In this document: positions 42,280 to 56,650 of the stretch, piece by piece
Layout of the letters: each line of letters opens with the position of its first letter
How positions within the stretch are numbered: the first letter of the stretch is position 1
Source of the DNA: Octopus vulgaris
Lineage: Eukaryota
NCBI GenBank assembly: GCA_951406725.2
Contig: OX597827.1
Coordinates: forward strand, 8,866,001-8,930,000
Direction of reading: 5' to 3'
DNA: 64,000 bases
Position numbers and translations under genes: made by a program
The notes under the pieces: model-generated
Seen by the model: the letters and a program-made list of their open reading frames with translations, nothing else
Told to the model about the DNA's origin: nothing
The model's database searches: none

Positions 42280-44248
42280 ATATATATATATATATATTGG
42301 GAGAAGACAAATAATTGTGATAAAAATGTTTCTTAGTAAGTAAAAAATATGATAAAATTTTGACAGTAATAGATAAATAGTAAACAGCAACTAAATTTGA
42401 AGTAAGTTGCTTATGTTTCCTCTGATGGCTGCTAAACACAGGATTAAAATCTGTATTTAGATTTCACTTTAACCACTTAAAATAATTGATGAAGCTAATG
42501 CCGTAGTTATCAGGATTGAAAGAGATGATGATTCGTTCTGACTTTAACATGTTTCTATTCAAGGTTAGATTCAATATTTCTTTTATGAATTTAATTCCAA
42601 GATAATACTGCATCTATCTCGAATTCTGAATTTATCATCAAGAGACTTCTTTTGGCAGAGAAACAATAAAGAAAACAGAGGGAAAGGAAAGAAAAGCCAG
42701 TTAGAAATGCGTCAGTGTTTCGTTAAGATCTGAATATTTAAAATGGATTAATGTAATTTTTAAAAGCAATCTATCTTAGTTTTACTTCAATAATCCATAG
42801 AAAAGCCAAATAATCATCTTTGCAGCTTAAGCTCAATAAAAACTTCGCTAAACTGCAAGTTTTAAACATTGTGCCTGCTCTATTTAATAACAGCAGAAGC
42901 TCATGTAGACGGCCAGTGGGCAGCATTGTTAAATCATTTAGAGAAAATTCTTTGAGGCATTTGTTATGACCATGTGCCCCGAGTTCAAATTCTGCTACCT
43001 CACATTCGTCTTTTGTCCTTACAGCACCAACAAAATGTACCAATCCAGGGCGGTGGATTAACAGAATTGTAAGAACTTTGAAATAGATACCTTGCAGTAT
43101 TTGTTCCTAACCTTTGCATTCTGGGTTCAGCTCTCCCACAGGTCCTATTTGGGTGGGAGTCTAGACCCATTGCTTAATTTAAAATCACTGGCACCTTGGG
43201 TGCCTTTAGCAGAATCCATTCTGCTGCAAGCATTTGCACCGGGTGGCTGGTCTCAAAATCTTCCTCACTATTTCTCTCCAGTCTTAGAGAAATTGTAAAG
43301 TGTTATGGCCACTGCCTTTCTCACCTGACTAAAAGTTAAAGAATTGGAATAAAGTAAATATTTAAATAAAATACTTTTTGGACCCAACTGGTGGTTTCCT
43401 GGTACTGGAATGCAAGTTGGGACTTGATCAACCCTAATTCGATCAACTGGGCAAGAGAGGTCAAATGTCAAATGTTGAAAGAGGGGTCAAATGTTGAAAG
43501 ACATGAAACCTATTGAGACCCTGGAAATATCACTAAGGATGCATCTCAGGGCATTTGTTAGAGATATTTGAGAACTGTCAAAAGTAGTAAATTTTTATAC
43601 GAAGAAGGGGGGGAATTAAAAGAGGAGATAACTCCTGTCACAATATATATAATTAGGAGAGGAGAAGAGGAGGAAAAAAGTTGTAGTTGAAAGAGGAATG
43701 AAGTTAGAGAAGGGCAGAGATTAAAAGATAGATAGGTAAGTAGTGTTACTACCATAGTAATTAAAAAGTTTTCATTAAAAATTAAGGAATTTTAAATACA
43801 AGTCTGTCAACATTACACAACGAAGATTTAAAAAGAAACTATTTGTATATATATATGATACATAGTTATTGTTTTGGTTGTATGTGTGTGTGTGGGTCTG
43901 TCTGTCTGTCTATATGTATGTGTGTCAGTGTGTATGTGCATGTGAGTGTCTGTATGTCTCTCAACATATAGAGAATGCAACACAGACTCTAAAAAAAACT
44001 TTCGTTATAATGACCGGTTGTTGCTGTTTATGTTGTGGCTGTTGTTGAGAGAAATATTGTGAAAGAGAGAGAGAGGAAAGGTGCTAGTCAATTACATCAA
44101 CCCCAGTACATAACTGGTACTTGTTTCATTGACCCTGAATGGATGAAAGGCAAAGTCAACCGCGGCGGAATATGAACTGAGACCATAAGGATGGGTGAAA
44201 TCCTGCTAAGCATTTTGTCCAGTGTGCTAATGAAATAAAAATAATAAC

Positions 44249-44280
<32 letters not shown>

Positions 44281-44281
<1 letters not shown>

Positions 44282-44818
44282 CTTAACTGATTGGAAGTGT
44301 TATCATCTTAACTGATTGGAAGTGTTATCATGTACATTGTTCTGTCTTGGTATAAAAAATGGGCTACAGCAAATATTCTGCTCAATACCACAGATTTTCT
44401 TGTCAGTTGTTTGACCTTAACCAGTTGAGCATGTCCCTTAGTGGCTGACGATATGTGCATCTCTGATCACGAGCAGAAGTAGTGGGGGAGCATCATAGCC
44501 ATGTGTTGAGAGGGATTCTTTGGGGTTTGAATAATTCACCTCTGGAGACATGGGTGGGTTTTTCAACATCCTTAAACAACCCTTATTCAGGGACCGTTTG
44601 AGCGGGATGGGCTACTCAACCTGAAGAAAATTCTAACTGGGCCCCACCTGCAAGGTCATGTGCAGTTTATCTTGATATGAGATCACCATGCCGCGCACAT
44701 ATGGTTGTGATGCATGTGCCTGGTGTGCCCTTATCAGACGGGTAGTCATGATGGGTATATTGGGCTTCGTATATTTTACCCCAGTGTCACTTTGATGGCA
44801 TGCTCTGCTCGCTCACTC
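44281..44818 (+). mobile_element. Unclassified interspersed element embedded in (AAT)n
   Basis: GC-richer ~540-bp block with sharp (AAT)n borders and a short tandem duplication at its left end. Confidence 0.55.
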
Positions 44819-44965
44819 AATAATAATAATAATAATAATAGTAATAATATGCATAAAGCACTGCCTGTCTGAGGTCCTTGTTGTGACTTGATAGACAGTA
44901 CAAACCCCCGGTAGACAAAATATCTTCAATCAACAACCTCAAGATATTGTATACTGTGCGACGTC

Positions 44966-45000
<35 letters not shown>

Positions 45001-45277
45001 TAAAGCCACAGGTGTAACTGACAAAGGCACATTACAAGTCCAAATTACATGACCATGAATTTATAGGAAAGGAGTATAGTAAACGGAAATGATCACAGGA
45101 TATAACTGGTACTAATTTCATCTACCCTGTTGGGGGTACAAAGAGTAGTCTTTCTTTAGTAGAATGAGTACCCAAGTAGAGATAATAAAATACTGCAAGA
45201 TATTTAAACCAATATTGTACTGTTTCTTCATAATGTTACAAAAAAACGTTTTTAATTATTTTTAATTATTTAAATAT

Positions 45278-45709
45278 GAGCAGGAGTGGCTGTGTGGTAT
45301 GTAGCTTCCTAACCAACCACGTGGTTCCGGGTTCAGTCCCACTGCGTGGCATCTTGGGCAAGTGTCTTCTGCTATAGCCCCGGGCCGACCAATGCCTTGT
45401 GAGTGGATATGGTAGACGGAAACTGAAAGAAGCCTGTCGTATATATGTGTATATATATATATATGTGTGTGTGTGTATGTGTTTGTGTGTCTGTGTTTGT
45501 CCCCCTAGCATTGCTTGACAACCGATGCTGGTGTGTTTACGTCCCCGTCACTTAGCGGTTCGGCAAAAAGAGACCGATAGAATAAGAACTGGGCTTACAA
45601 AGAATAAGTCCCGGGGTCGATTTGCTCGACTAAAAGGCGGTGCTCCAGCATGGCCGCAGTCAAATGACTGAAAGAAGTAAAAGAGTAAAGAGTAAAAGAG
45701 TAAAAGAGT
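45278..45709 (+). mobile_element. SINE family A, full length, abutting the exon-2 donor
   Basis: Young copy; tail ends about 10 bp from the GTACGT donor at 45723. Confidence 0.92.
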
Positions 45710-45723
45710 ATAGAAGAACGTAC

Positions 45724-45886
45724 CTGTAAATTGACCCATATCATCCATGTTCCCTTCACATATTCCTTGTCCACTGTCCACATATGATTCTGGTCTCATG
45801 TCACTGTATCGGTAAAGTGCCTGTGCTGAAGCTGCTTGCTCTTCGGTCCAGCCAACATATGTCTGAACTTCCTGCTGAGAACACTT
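45724..45886 (-). CDS. PCDH: Protocadherin second coding exon (cytoplasmic, DSGxG motif)
   Basis: Long pyrimidine tract then TATAG acceptor; 163 nt open in phase 0, matching exon 1: KCSQQEVQTYVGWTEEQAASAQALYRYSDMRPESYVDSGQGICEGNMDDMGQFT; donor CAG|GTACGT (phase 1). DSGQG resembles the DSGxG core of protocadherin cytoplasmic motif CM1. Confidence 0.85.
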
Positions 45887-46780
45887 CTATAATTAAGGGG
45901 GGGGGGGAGAAGAAAAGAAAAAAAGAAACAAAAATCATTGCTAAGTAATTTTCTTTACCAATACTTATAATGTGTTTTCATAAGATATCATTAAGTCTTG
46001 ACTTGAGACATTTAATTATCAAAATAGCTACCAACCAATCATTTCATGTCAAATAATCTATTAAAACTATTAATTCTTGAAAAAGCGCCACATAAAAATG
46101 TTTTGAGTCTTTGAAAGTTGACTAGTTCTTTGATTCTTTGCTTTATATTTCTTTTTCACAAAGTTTCAAAATTATTGATTTCTTACTGATTTCTAACAAG
46201 TTATTGATTTCTGAAATTTTACACAGCCATAATAACTTTTGATAAGGTTTGGAGCAGTTGAGTTCGTTGACTCCAGATCTTAGCCAGTATTTATATTATT
46301 GACCCTTGAAGGATAAAAGGCAAATTCTACTGTGGGAGGAATTGTACTCAGATTGTAAAAGAACAGTTTCAAAATTAATATTAAAAAATCGAGTAAAGTG
46401 TAAAAGAGTATCTAAATTAATGATCTCACAGATTCCAAGATAACAGCATTTGATTGAGATTACTTGAAGTTTTACAGAGTTTTTTTCCTTCAGATTCATT
46501 GTCGCCAGCATCAGTTTCATTATCGTTGTCTCAATTAAATTGTTATGCATATCAGTTTTGTCATCCTCAACTTAAATTTCATCATAGTCACCTTAAAGAT
46601 CATCGCTGTAGAATGGAATGAAATTTTTGTGTGTGTGTGTGTGTGTTTTTATGAACAAATATTGAGATCATTGACCAGAATTGTGAAAGAATGTAAACAT
46701 TAAAATGTTTTGTAAAGGATTACAAGTTTTGTATGATAAAAATTGTTGCACCTTATTTACTATAAATGTACAACTATACC

Positions 46781-47012
46781 TATTTCTTTACTACCCACAA
46801 GGGGCTAAACACAGAGAGGACAAACAAGGACAGACAAATGGATTAAATCGATTATATCGACCCCAGTCCGTAATTGGTACTTATTTAATCGACCCCGTAA
46901 GGATGAAAGGCAAAGTCGACCTCGGCGGAATTCGAACTCAGAACGTAATGGCAGACGAAATACGGCTACGCATTTCACCCGGTGTGCTAACGTTTCTGCC
47001 AGCTCGCCGCCT
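46781..47012 (-). mobile_element. SINE family B, full length
   Basis: TSD T(A/G)TAAAT(G/A)TACAACTATACC at 46761-46780 and 47016-47035 (18/20). Confidence 0.9.
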
Positions 47013-47035
47013 TTATGTAAATATACAACTATACC

Positions 47036-47302
47036 AGCGTCGCCTTACTGGCACGTAAAAAAAAAACACGATTTTCCGTGACCGTTGCCAGTACCGCCTG
47101 GCTGGCCCCCGTGCCAGTGGCACGTAAAAGCACCCACTACACTCTCAGAGTGGTTGGCATTAAGAAGGGCGTCCAGCTGCAGAAACTCTGCCAAATCAAG
47201 ATAGGAGCCAAGTGCAGCCATCTGGTTTGCCAGTCCTCAGTCAAATCGTCCAACCCATGCTAGCATGGAAAGCAGACGTTAAACAATGATGATGATGATG
47301 AT
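47036..47302 (+). mobile_element. Family D retroposon
   Basis: Hairpin module, AAGGGCGTCCAGC body and (GAT)n tail. Confidence 0.85.
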
Positions 47303-47607
47303 AGTACATTAGATGCAAAACTACATACTATACTCTATACACAACATGACAAAGATGAAAATAAATACTATCAGTTTAACCTTTTATTCATTATTCCCAC
47401 TTCATAACTCTCTCAACATATTCCTTACAAATCCAGCATAATCATTTTTGGTAATCAGCCAGTGCAAATATATTTACATAAATATATTGATTGATACTAA
47501 ACTACGTTATTTACTTTTGGGTTTGTCATGTTGCATATCTATATAGTATGATATGCAATTTTACACTTAATTTGTAAAACGTATGTATATTTAGAGTAAT
47601 TTATAGA

Positions 47608-48200
47608 TGCAGGCATGGCTGTGTGTTAAGAAGTTTGCTCTCCCAACTACATGGTTCTAGGTTCAATCCCATAGCATGGTACCTTGGGCAAGTGTATTCT
47701 ATTTCATCACTAGGCTGAACATAGTCTTGTGTGTAGATTTGGTAGACAAAAACTAAAAGAAATCTGTCATACACATACACATTATTATATATATATATAT
47801 ATATATATATGATTGATTTTGATTGATTTTTCCAGTTTCAGCTAATGAGCTGTGGCCATGCTGGGGCACCGCCATATATATATATACATATATTATGTGT
47901 GTGTGTCTTTGTGTCAGCATTTGTCACCTCACCATCACTTGACAACCAATGAGTAAAAGAATGTATGTATATATTTGTGTCTGTGTTTGTCCCCCACCAT
48001 TGCTTGACAATGGTGTGCTTATATCTCCATAACTTAGCAGTTCAGCAAAATAGACCAATAGAATGAGAGCCAGGCTTTAAAAAAAAATTAAAATAAAATT
48101 GGTGCTGGGCTCAATTTATTTGACTAAAGTTCTTCAATGCAGTGCCCCAGCATTGCCACAGTCTAATGACTAATATAAGTAAAGGATAAGAGATAAAAGA
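47608..48200 (+). mobile_element. SINE family A, diverged and interrupted
   Basis: Head at 47608, tail near 48140-48200, insertions within its microsatellite. Confidence 0.75.
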
Positions 48201-48399
48201 TAAACTAAGTGTGACAATTTTCATCATAGAAAACATATAATCCTTTAATGTTTTAATGTGTTTGCACTCTCTTAAAATTCTGCAACAACTAATCACTGAT
48301 GTCAATCCCAGTGCATAATAAAAAAGCAGGAAAAAAATTGCTCCATTCTACACTGACATTGAAGTTGACGATGACAAAATTTTAAAGCTTGATGATAAT

Positions 48400-49040
48400 C
48401 TTTTCTACTACAGGAACAAGGCCTGAAATTTTGGTGGAGGGGGGGATAGACGATTACATCAACCCCCCAGTACTCAACTGGTACTTATTTTATCAACCCC
48501 GAGAGGATGAAAAGATGAAAAGCAAAGTTAACTCAGAACGTGTAGACAGATGAAATACCTATTTCTATTTCTTTATTACCCATAAGGGGCTAAACACAGA
48601 GGGGACAAACAAGGACAGACATAGGTATTAAGTCGATTACATCGACCCCAGTGCGTAACTGGTACTTAATTTATCGACCCCGAATGAATGAAAGGCAAAG
48701 TCGACCTTGGCGGAATTTGAACTCAGAACGTAACGGCAGACGAAATACGGCTACGCATTTCGCCCGGCATGCTAACATTTCTGCCAGCTCGCCGCCTAGA
48801 CAGATGAAATACCGTTAAGCATTTCACCCAGCAAGCTAACAATTCTTTTCTACTTTAGGCACAAGGCCAGAAATTTTGGGGGAGAGGGCCAGTCTATTAC
48901 ATCGATCCCAGTATGCAACTGGTACTTAATTTATTGACCTCCAAAGGGATGAAAGGCAAAGTCAAATCATTTGAACTCAGAATGTAAAGAAAAAGGAAAT
49001 ACCGCTAAACATTTTGCCCGGCGTGCTAACATTTCTGCCA
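48400..49040 (-). mobile_element. Cluster of three family-B SINEs, one nested (48560-48796)
   Basis: Perfect 17-bp TSD TAGACAGATGAAATACC at 48543-48559 and 48797-48813. Confidence 0.9.
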
Positions 49041-49461
49041 GGTTGATGATGAGGAGAATGAGATGGAAGTCAATGTAACTGAGACTGATGATGAAGAATT
49101 TGAGGTTGATGTTGTTGAGGTGAACATTGATAATATAATATATATCATCAATGTAATAAAAATGTCATTAAGCAAGATAAAAAAATAAAATATCCTTGCA
49201 TTCCAGTATATTTCCATAAAATTTTTTGTATATATAGGTGTATTATGTGAAGGTATATACACAATAACATACACACACAAGTGTATATACATATAGCGTG
49301 TGAATGTGCATGTGTGAGCGTCAATATGTATATAAATTTGTATGCAGGTGTATGTAACTATGTATCTCTCTCTCTCTCTTTCATCCATACAAGTGTGCTA
49401 GCATGTGTGTAAGTGAACATATACATACATATATATTTATATACATATATATATACATACA

Positions 49462-49529
<68 letters not shown>

Positions 49530-49700
49530 AATATATATATATATACACATATATATAGGCGATAAGAAAATGGAAAAATAAATAACCATGAGAAGTGGAT
49601 CTTTGGTGTTATAAAGTCATTATCTAATTAATTAATTAAGATGGGAGTATGACAGAGTAAGTTCACAGCTGTTTCCATATATCTGGCTGGGGTAAATATG

Positions 49701-50132
49701 TGTGGCTGTGTGGTAAGTAGCTTGTCTACCAACCACATGGTTCCGGGTTCAGTCCCACTGTGTGGCACCTTGGGCAAGTGTCTTCTACTATAGCCTCGGG
49801 CCGACCAAAGTCTTGTGAGTGGATTTGGTAGACGGAAACTGATAGAAGCCCATTGTATATATGTATATATATATATATAGATATATATATATATATATAT
49901 ATATGCGTGTGTGTGTGTTTGTGTGTCTGTGTTTGTCCCCTAGCATTGCTTGACAACTGATGCTGGTGTGTTTATGTCCCCGTTACTTAGGGGTTCGGCA
50001 AAAAAGACCGATAGAATAAGTACTGGGCTTACAAAAGAATAAGTCCCGGGGTCGAGTTGCTTGATTAAAGGCGGTGCTCCAGCATGGCCGCAGTCAAATG
50101 ACTGAAACAAGTAAAAGAGTAAAAAGTAAAGA

Positions 50133-50134
<2 letters not shown>
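49701..50134 (+). mobile_element. SINE family A
   Basis: Colinear similarity. Confidence 0.9.
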
Positions 50135-50220
<86 letters not shown>

Positions 50221-50227
50221 ATGTATA

Positions 50228-50265
<38 letters not shown>

Positions 50266-51133
50266 CACACATATGCATACATACATATATATACATGCAC
50301 ACACACACACTATTCCAACATGGGTTTAAAATTGGAAATTAGATTTATAAGTTGTTGTTAATAATGAGAAAGAGAGAAAAAGAAAGAAAGAAAGAGAGAG
50401 AGAAAGGGAAGAAGAAGCAAAACAGGAAAAGACACATTAAAAAGGAAGTGAAAGTGGGGAGAGACAAGATTTTTTCTTTAAGAAATATTTATAGCATCGC
50501 CTGAATAGTTAAGACATTTGCTTTGTAAGCATGAGATCCAAAGTTCAATCTCATTGATTAGCATACTGAGCAAATGTCATTTCCTGTAGCCTCGGGTCAA
50601 CCTAAACTTTGTTAGTGAAATTTGATTGACAGGAAATGCAGAGAAGCTGATCAGGTGAATTGTAACTGGAATTTTAGAAGGTACAGCTCTGTCACACCAT
50701 GTGTCATGCTGATTATGCCTGGAACTTTCATTAAGGGCATAAACATATGCATATACACAGTTGCATACATATATATATATATATGTTGTGTAGGTAGTTA
50801 GGGTAAATCCCAACTGTTTCCTGTCTGAAGAATGTCTGGTAAGAAATTCCTAAAATATCTCTATCAAACATTAGCAAATGTTATAGGCACAGGAGTGGTA
50901 AGTAGCTTGCTAATCAACCACATCAGCTACCTCTGATGAGCATAAGGTTATATAATCAGATTGTTACCTAACACTCCATTGTACCTCTAGCATGAAACCG
51001 GTTGGTAAGATCAACCTTGATGGATATATAATACTGTACACTTTGGATAATATATACTTATATATATTTGTACAGCAAAATAGCAAATTGGAAATATTTC
51101 GATATTATTTATTCATCATCACATGTGTTTCAT

Positions 51134-51373
51134 TTTACTCTTTTACTCTTTTACTTGTTTCAGTCATTTGACTGTGGCCATGCTGGAGCACCACCTTTAG
51201 TCGAACAAATCGACCCTGGGACTTATTCTTTGTAAGCCCAATACTTATTCTATCGGTCTCTTTTTGCCGAACCGCTAAGTGACGGGGACGTAAACACACC
51301 AGCATCGGTACACACCAGCATCAGTTGTCAAGCGATGGTGGGGGGACAAAAACAGACACACAAACATATACAT

Positions 51374-51418
<45 letters not shown>

Positions 51419-51707
51419 TATGACAGTTTTCTTTCAGTTTCCGTCTACCAAATCCACTCACAAGGGATTGGTCGGCCCGAGGCTATAGCAGAAGACACCT
51501 GCCCAAGATGCCACGCAGTGGGACTGAACCCGGAACCATGTGGTTGGTTAACAAGCTACTTACCACACGACCACTCCTGCGCCTATATACGACAGGCTTC
51601 TTTCAGTTTCCATCTACCAAATCCACTCACAAGGCATTGGTCGGCCCGAGGCTATAGCAGAAGACACTTGCCCAAGATGCCACGCAGTGGGACTGAACCC
51701 GGAACCA
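51134..51707 (-). mobile_element. SINE family A with duplicated head segment
   Basis: Full copy 51134-51584 followed by a second partial head 51585-51707. Confidence 0.88.
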
Positions 51708-51890
51708 AATAGCTTGCTAATCAACCACATGATAATATACCCACTCTATTCACAGATATACGAGTGCATCTTTTACTTGATTTATGGACTTTTAGACGAC
51801 TTTTGTATATAAATATATATACACACACACACATATATATATAGAGAGAGATTGATAGATAGATAGATAGCTACACACGTGCATACATGC

Positions 51891-51946
<56 letters not shown>

Positions 51947-51974
51947 ATGTATATATGTGTGTATGTATGTCATG

Positions 51975-52554
51975 AAAGTCCATTTTGCACACTGGAATAA
52001 GCTGGATGGTTCAACAGGACTTGGAAAGCCAGAATACTTGCACCAGAGTGTCCCGGCTGCTTTGGCATAGTTTTTATGGTTGGATGCTCTCGCTAATGCC
52101 AACCATTTTACAGAATGTACCAGATGCCGTAATACATGGCACCAGCACCAGTGAAGTCACCATGTAACTTACAAGACAAAACTTCCTCAACTGAGTGGCG
52201 AGTAGTGTTAAGGGAGGTGGCTCTGTGTCAGATGGTGCAAGGTTAGAGTAAAGTAGAAGGATGGAAAAGGGAGTCATGCAGTAAAGGTGATACACGGCTA
52301 GTCCAGTTGAAATAAGGGATATGAGAAAGAGAGACACAGAGAGAGGGAAAAGATAGGAAACAAATATATGTATATATATATGTATATACACACACACCCA
52401 GTACACTCTGTGAAGTGGTTGGCTTTAGAAATGGCATCCAGCCACAGAAACCCAGTCAAAGCTGACAGTAGAGTTTGGCACTGTCCTCCAATTTGCCAAC
52501 CCCTGTCAAACAATCCAACCCATGCCAGCATGGAAAATGGACATTAAATGATGA

Positions 52555-52560
<6 letters not shown>
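51975..52560. mobile_element. Two oppositely oriented diverged family D copies
   Basis: Minus copy near 51975-52170, plus copy near 52398-52560 with (GAT)n tail. Confidence 0.7.
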
Positions 52561-52588
<28 letters not shown>

Positions 52589-53331
52589 GGTGGTGGTGGT
52601 GGTGGTGGTGGTGGTGGTGGTGATGGTGGTGGTGGTGGTGGTGATGATGATGGTGATGATGGTGATGATGAACATAATCATGATCCTGATTATCATGATG
52701 ACGACGATGATGATCACACACACACACAGACACACACACACACACACACACACACTCATACACATGCACATATACACACAGACAAGGATTATATAAAACA
52801 TAGTAACAAAAATGGGTTAATGGCATCTCACTCTCAGCCAATTACCCTAGAGGCTGACCAAAAACTGAACCCACATCAATTGAGCAGCAGAGATCCACCA
52901 CCAACACCACCACCACCACCACCACCACCACCAACACCACCACCACCACTACCATCATCATCACTCCCTTAATGACCCTACATTTGTTCTGCTTGTCAAC
53001 TACTGTTGCTGTTATTTCTGTTTATTTGATCTATTTTGAAAAAACATTTTAACAAACACAACTTATCACCACATTTTTACCTTATAGGTGTCATAACTAC
53101 CAGAAAATACTTTTTGACCATTTCCATGTATGATGTCTCTGTATTTAGTACTTCACATGTCTGTAGCAAACATTTATTTAGAACTTAGAATAAATGTCTC
53201 ATATATCTTCCCCCCCCCCCACCATTACCAATTGTTAATGTACACTTTTAAACTAGATGTCACTTTTATACTAAAGTAGTTTTTCCTGATGTTGCTAGAT
53301 TTTACAATTTTTGCAAATGAAGTTGATATTG

Positions 53332-53403
<72 letters not shown>

Positions 53404-53632
53404 GATATATATGCTCACATGTATATATTTACACACACATTTATATTAAGATGCATACATAAACACATATATATATATAGGTACACATATATACATATAG
53501 TTATGAATGTATGTACGTTTGTTTTTAAGTATATATACATACATATATGTGTATATATATATATATGTATGTATATATATATATGTATGTATATATATAT
53601 ATACACATATATATATACATATATACATACAC

Positions 53633-53671
<39 letters not shown>

Positions 53672-54051
53672 TGTATGTATGGATGGATATATATATTGCA
53701 TATATATTGATAAACATGGACATGTATCATATATATAAATATATATATTATGTATGTATGTATGTATGTATGTATGTACGTACGTACATATGTATGTATG
53801 TATATGTGTGTGTGCATGTATGTATGTATATATGTATGTATGTACGTACGTACATAGGTATGTATGTATGCATGTATGTATGTGTGTGTATGTATGTATG
53901 TATGATTGTATGGCTGCATATATGTATATATATATATGAAGCTAACATTTCAGTTCTTTATATTGCCAGTAAAATATCTCACTATATACTACGTCACATT
54001 TTATTATTCATCTGTAGCTCTTTGTAACATTGGTAAGAAAACTGTTAAATG

Positions 54052-54092
<41 letters not shown>

Positions 54093-54299
54093 AACACAGC
54101 AAGTTTGGAACATCAATTTTTTTTTTTTTTTTGAAATAATCCAGGCAGTGAGGACAGTGTAGACAGAATAATATATGGAATGTCTGAGAAATGTCACCTC
54201 CATGAGCTTCAGATCAATAGCAGTCATGAAGAAGCAGTATCAAAATTAGGAACTAGAGGTGAAAGTCACCAATTGCATTATCCTTGATACACATGTAAA

Positions 54300-54555
<256 letters not shown>

Positions 54556-54807
54556 CAAAAACGAAAAAATGAATAAAGATAAAAACTTGCAAACTTTTCC
54601 TCCACTTTTTTTTTTCTGTTTTTTGTTATCAATCAACCAGCTAAGCAAGCAAAAAATATAAACTCTGGTGCTAATGTTTGCACACAATTATGCATGCATG
54701 CTTGCATACACAAAAAAAACAGCCGTCTGCTTGGCTCTTTCATAGTTTCTTTCACTCGCACATGACACACTTAAATTGTATACATACATACATACATACA
54801 TACATAC

Positions 54808-54879
<72 letters not shown>

Positions 54880-54919
54880 TACATATTTATATATACACAC
54901 ACACAAACATGTATATATG

Positions 54920-54951
<32 letters not shown>

Positions 54952-55084
54952 TGTATATACATATATGTGTGTATGTATGCATATAAACTACACATATGCA
55001 CCCACAGATATATATAAATTTTTTATCATATATACAAATACAAATATTCACACAAATATATATATACACATGTATGTATATATA

Positions 55085-55162
<78 letters not shown>

Positions 55163-55171
55163 TGTATATAA

Positions 55172-55208
<37 letters not shown>

Positions 55209-56613
55209 AGGAGAGAGAGATACATTCATGAAATGCATAGATATACATACAGTGAGGCTTCTAAATATGCATACACACACATACACACACACATACACAC
55301 ACACACATATATATTTGAGGGCAGCTATTCCGAACAAGAATTGACTAGACCCGTGACGACTCATCCAACCGATGCTAGCATGGAAAACAGACATAAAATG
55401 ATGATAATGATGATAGCATACATACATATGAGTGCACACATACCTACATTATAATATATTATCTACGTACACTTGCAATGAGAGAGAAACAAGAAAGACA
55501 TCACTTCCTGATTTCATTGCAATCATTGTAAGTATTGCTTACAAATCACATGGTTCTAGAATATCTAAAAGGGACAGACAGTATACTATTGGACAGAACT
55601 AGACAGAAGTCTATAAGAAAATACTTAGTCTCAATTGTGTATCAAAATAAAGTTTGTTATGATAGCTAATAAACTGCTGGTTCCATACCGTTCATTTACA
55701 TATTGAAGGTTGGTGTACATTTAGTGTTACAGAAACAAAGTAACACAACTTTGGCATTTAGCTGGTTTAGTTCTCATCTCAAGAAAATGTAAAAAACATC
55801 TACAATCCTACCACAAAACGTTTTCCTCTGAACTAGATCAACAGTGAAGACATTAAAACCTAACTTATTGCTGCACAGAAATCCAGTTCTGACAGTTTTT
55901 CCCCCTTTGAAAGAGTTCTTCCTAATAGTTATCATTTCTTACAATGTGTGTTGCAAGTATTTATTCAAAAGACATTTCTTTTATTCCTCTTTTATTTGGT
56001 GTGCTATAAAAATATGCTGCAATTGTATATACAGATGCAAGCATTGTTGCTGGCAATGAAATGAATGGATATTATACATTAAATTATTGCTTTCAATGTC
56101 TGACATTTATAGAGGTTCAAACCACTGGATAGAAGATAGATATTATAATATTGTAACAATAAAATAATATGATTCGAAGATTAAAATGCAAGGTATTTGA
56201 AGTTATGTGAAATGGATGAAGTTATGTGCTTATGTATATCAAGATAAATTAATTAAAATATTTACGATGAACAATGCAATGTTTTAATTGCAAAGAAAGG
56301 CTTCGAATAACAATTTATTTCTATTATGAGTAATAATTAATATGAGAATAATTTGTTGAATACATAAATATAATTTAATACATTTAAAATTTAGAATCTT
56401 GTAATAGAGAAATACTTGCTGAGATTCTAAAAACACGAAGTAAAATATTTTTAAAAGCTTTAAACTGTTTATGTTTGTAATGAAGCTAAACTCTGTTTGG
56501 ATATTAAAACGTAACTTTATTCAGACTGACATAGCATCTTTGATAGCTATAAACTTTCAAATTCATTTCTCTGAATCAGTGTATAATAGAAAAGAGTTGG
56601 CATAATAACTATT

Positions 56614-56650
<37 letters not shown>

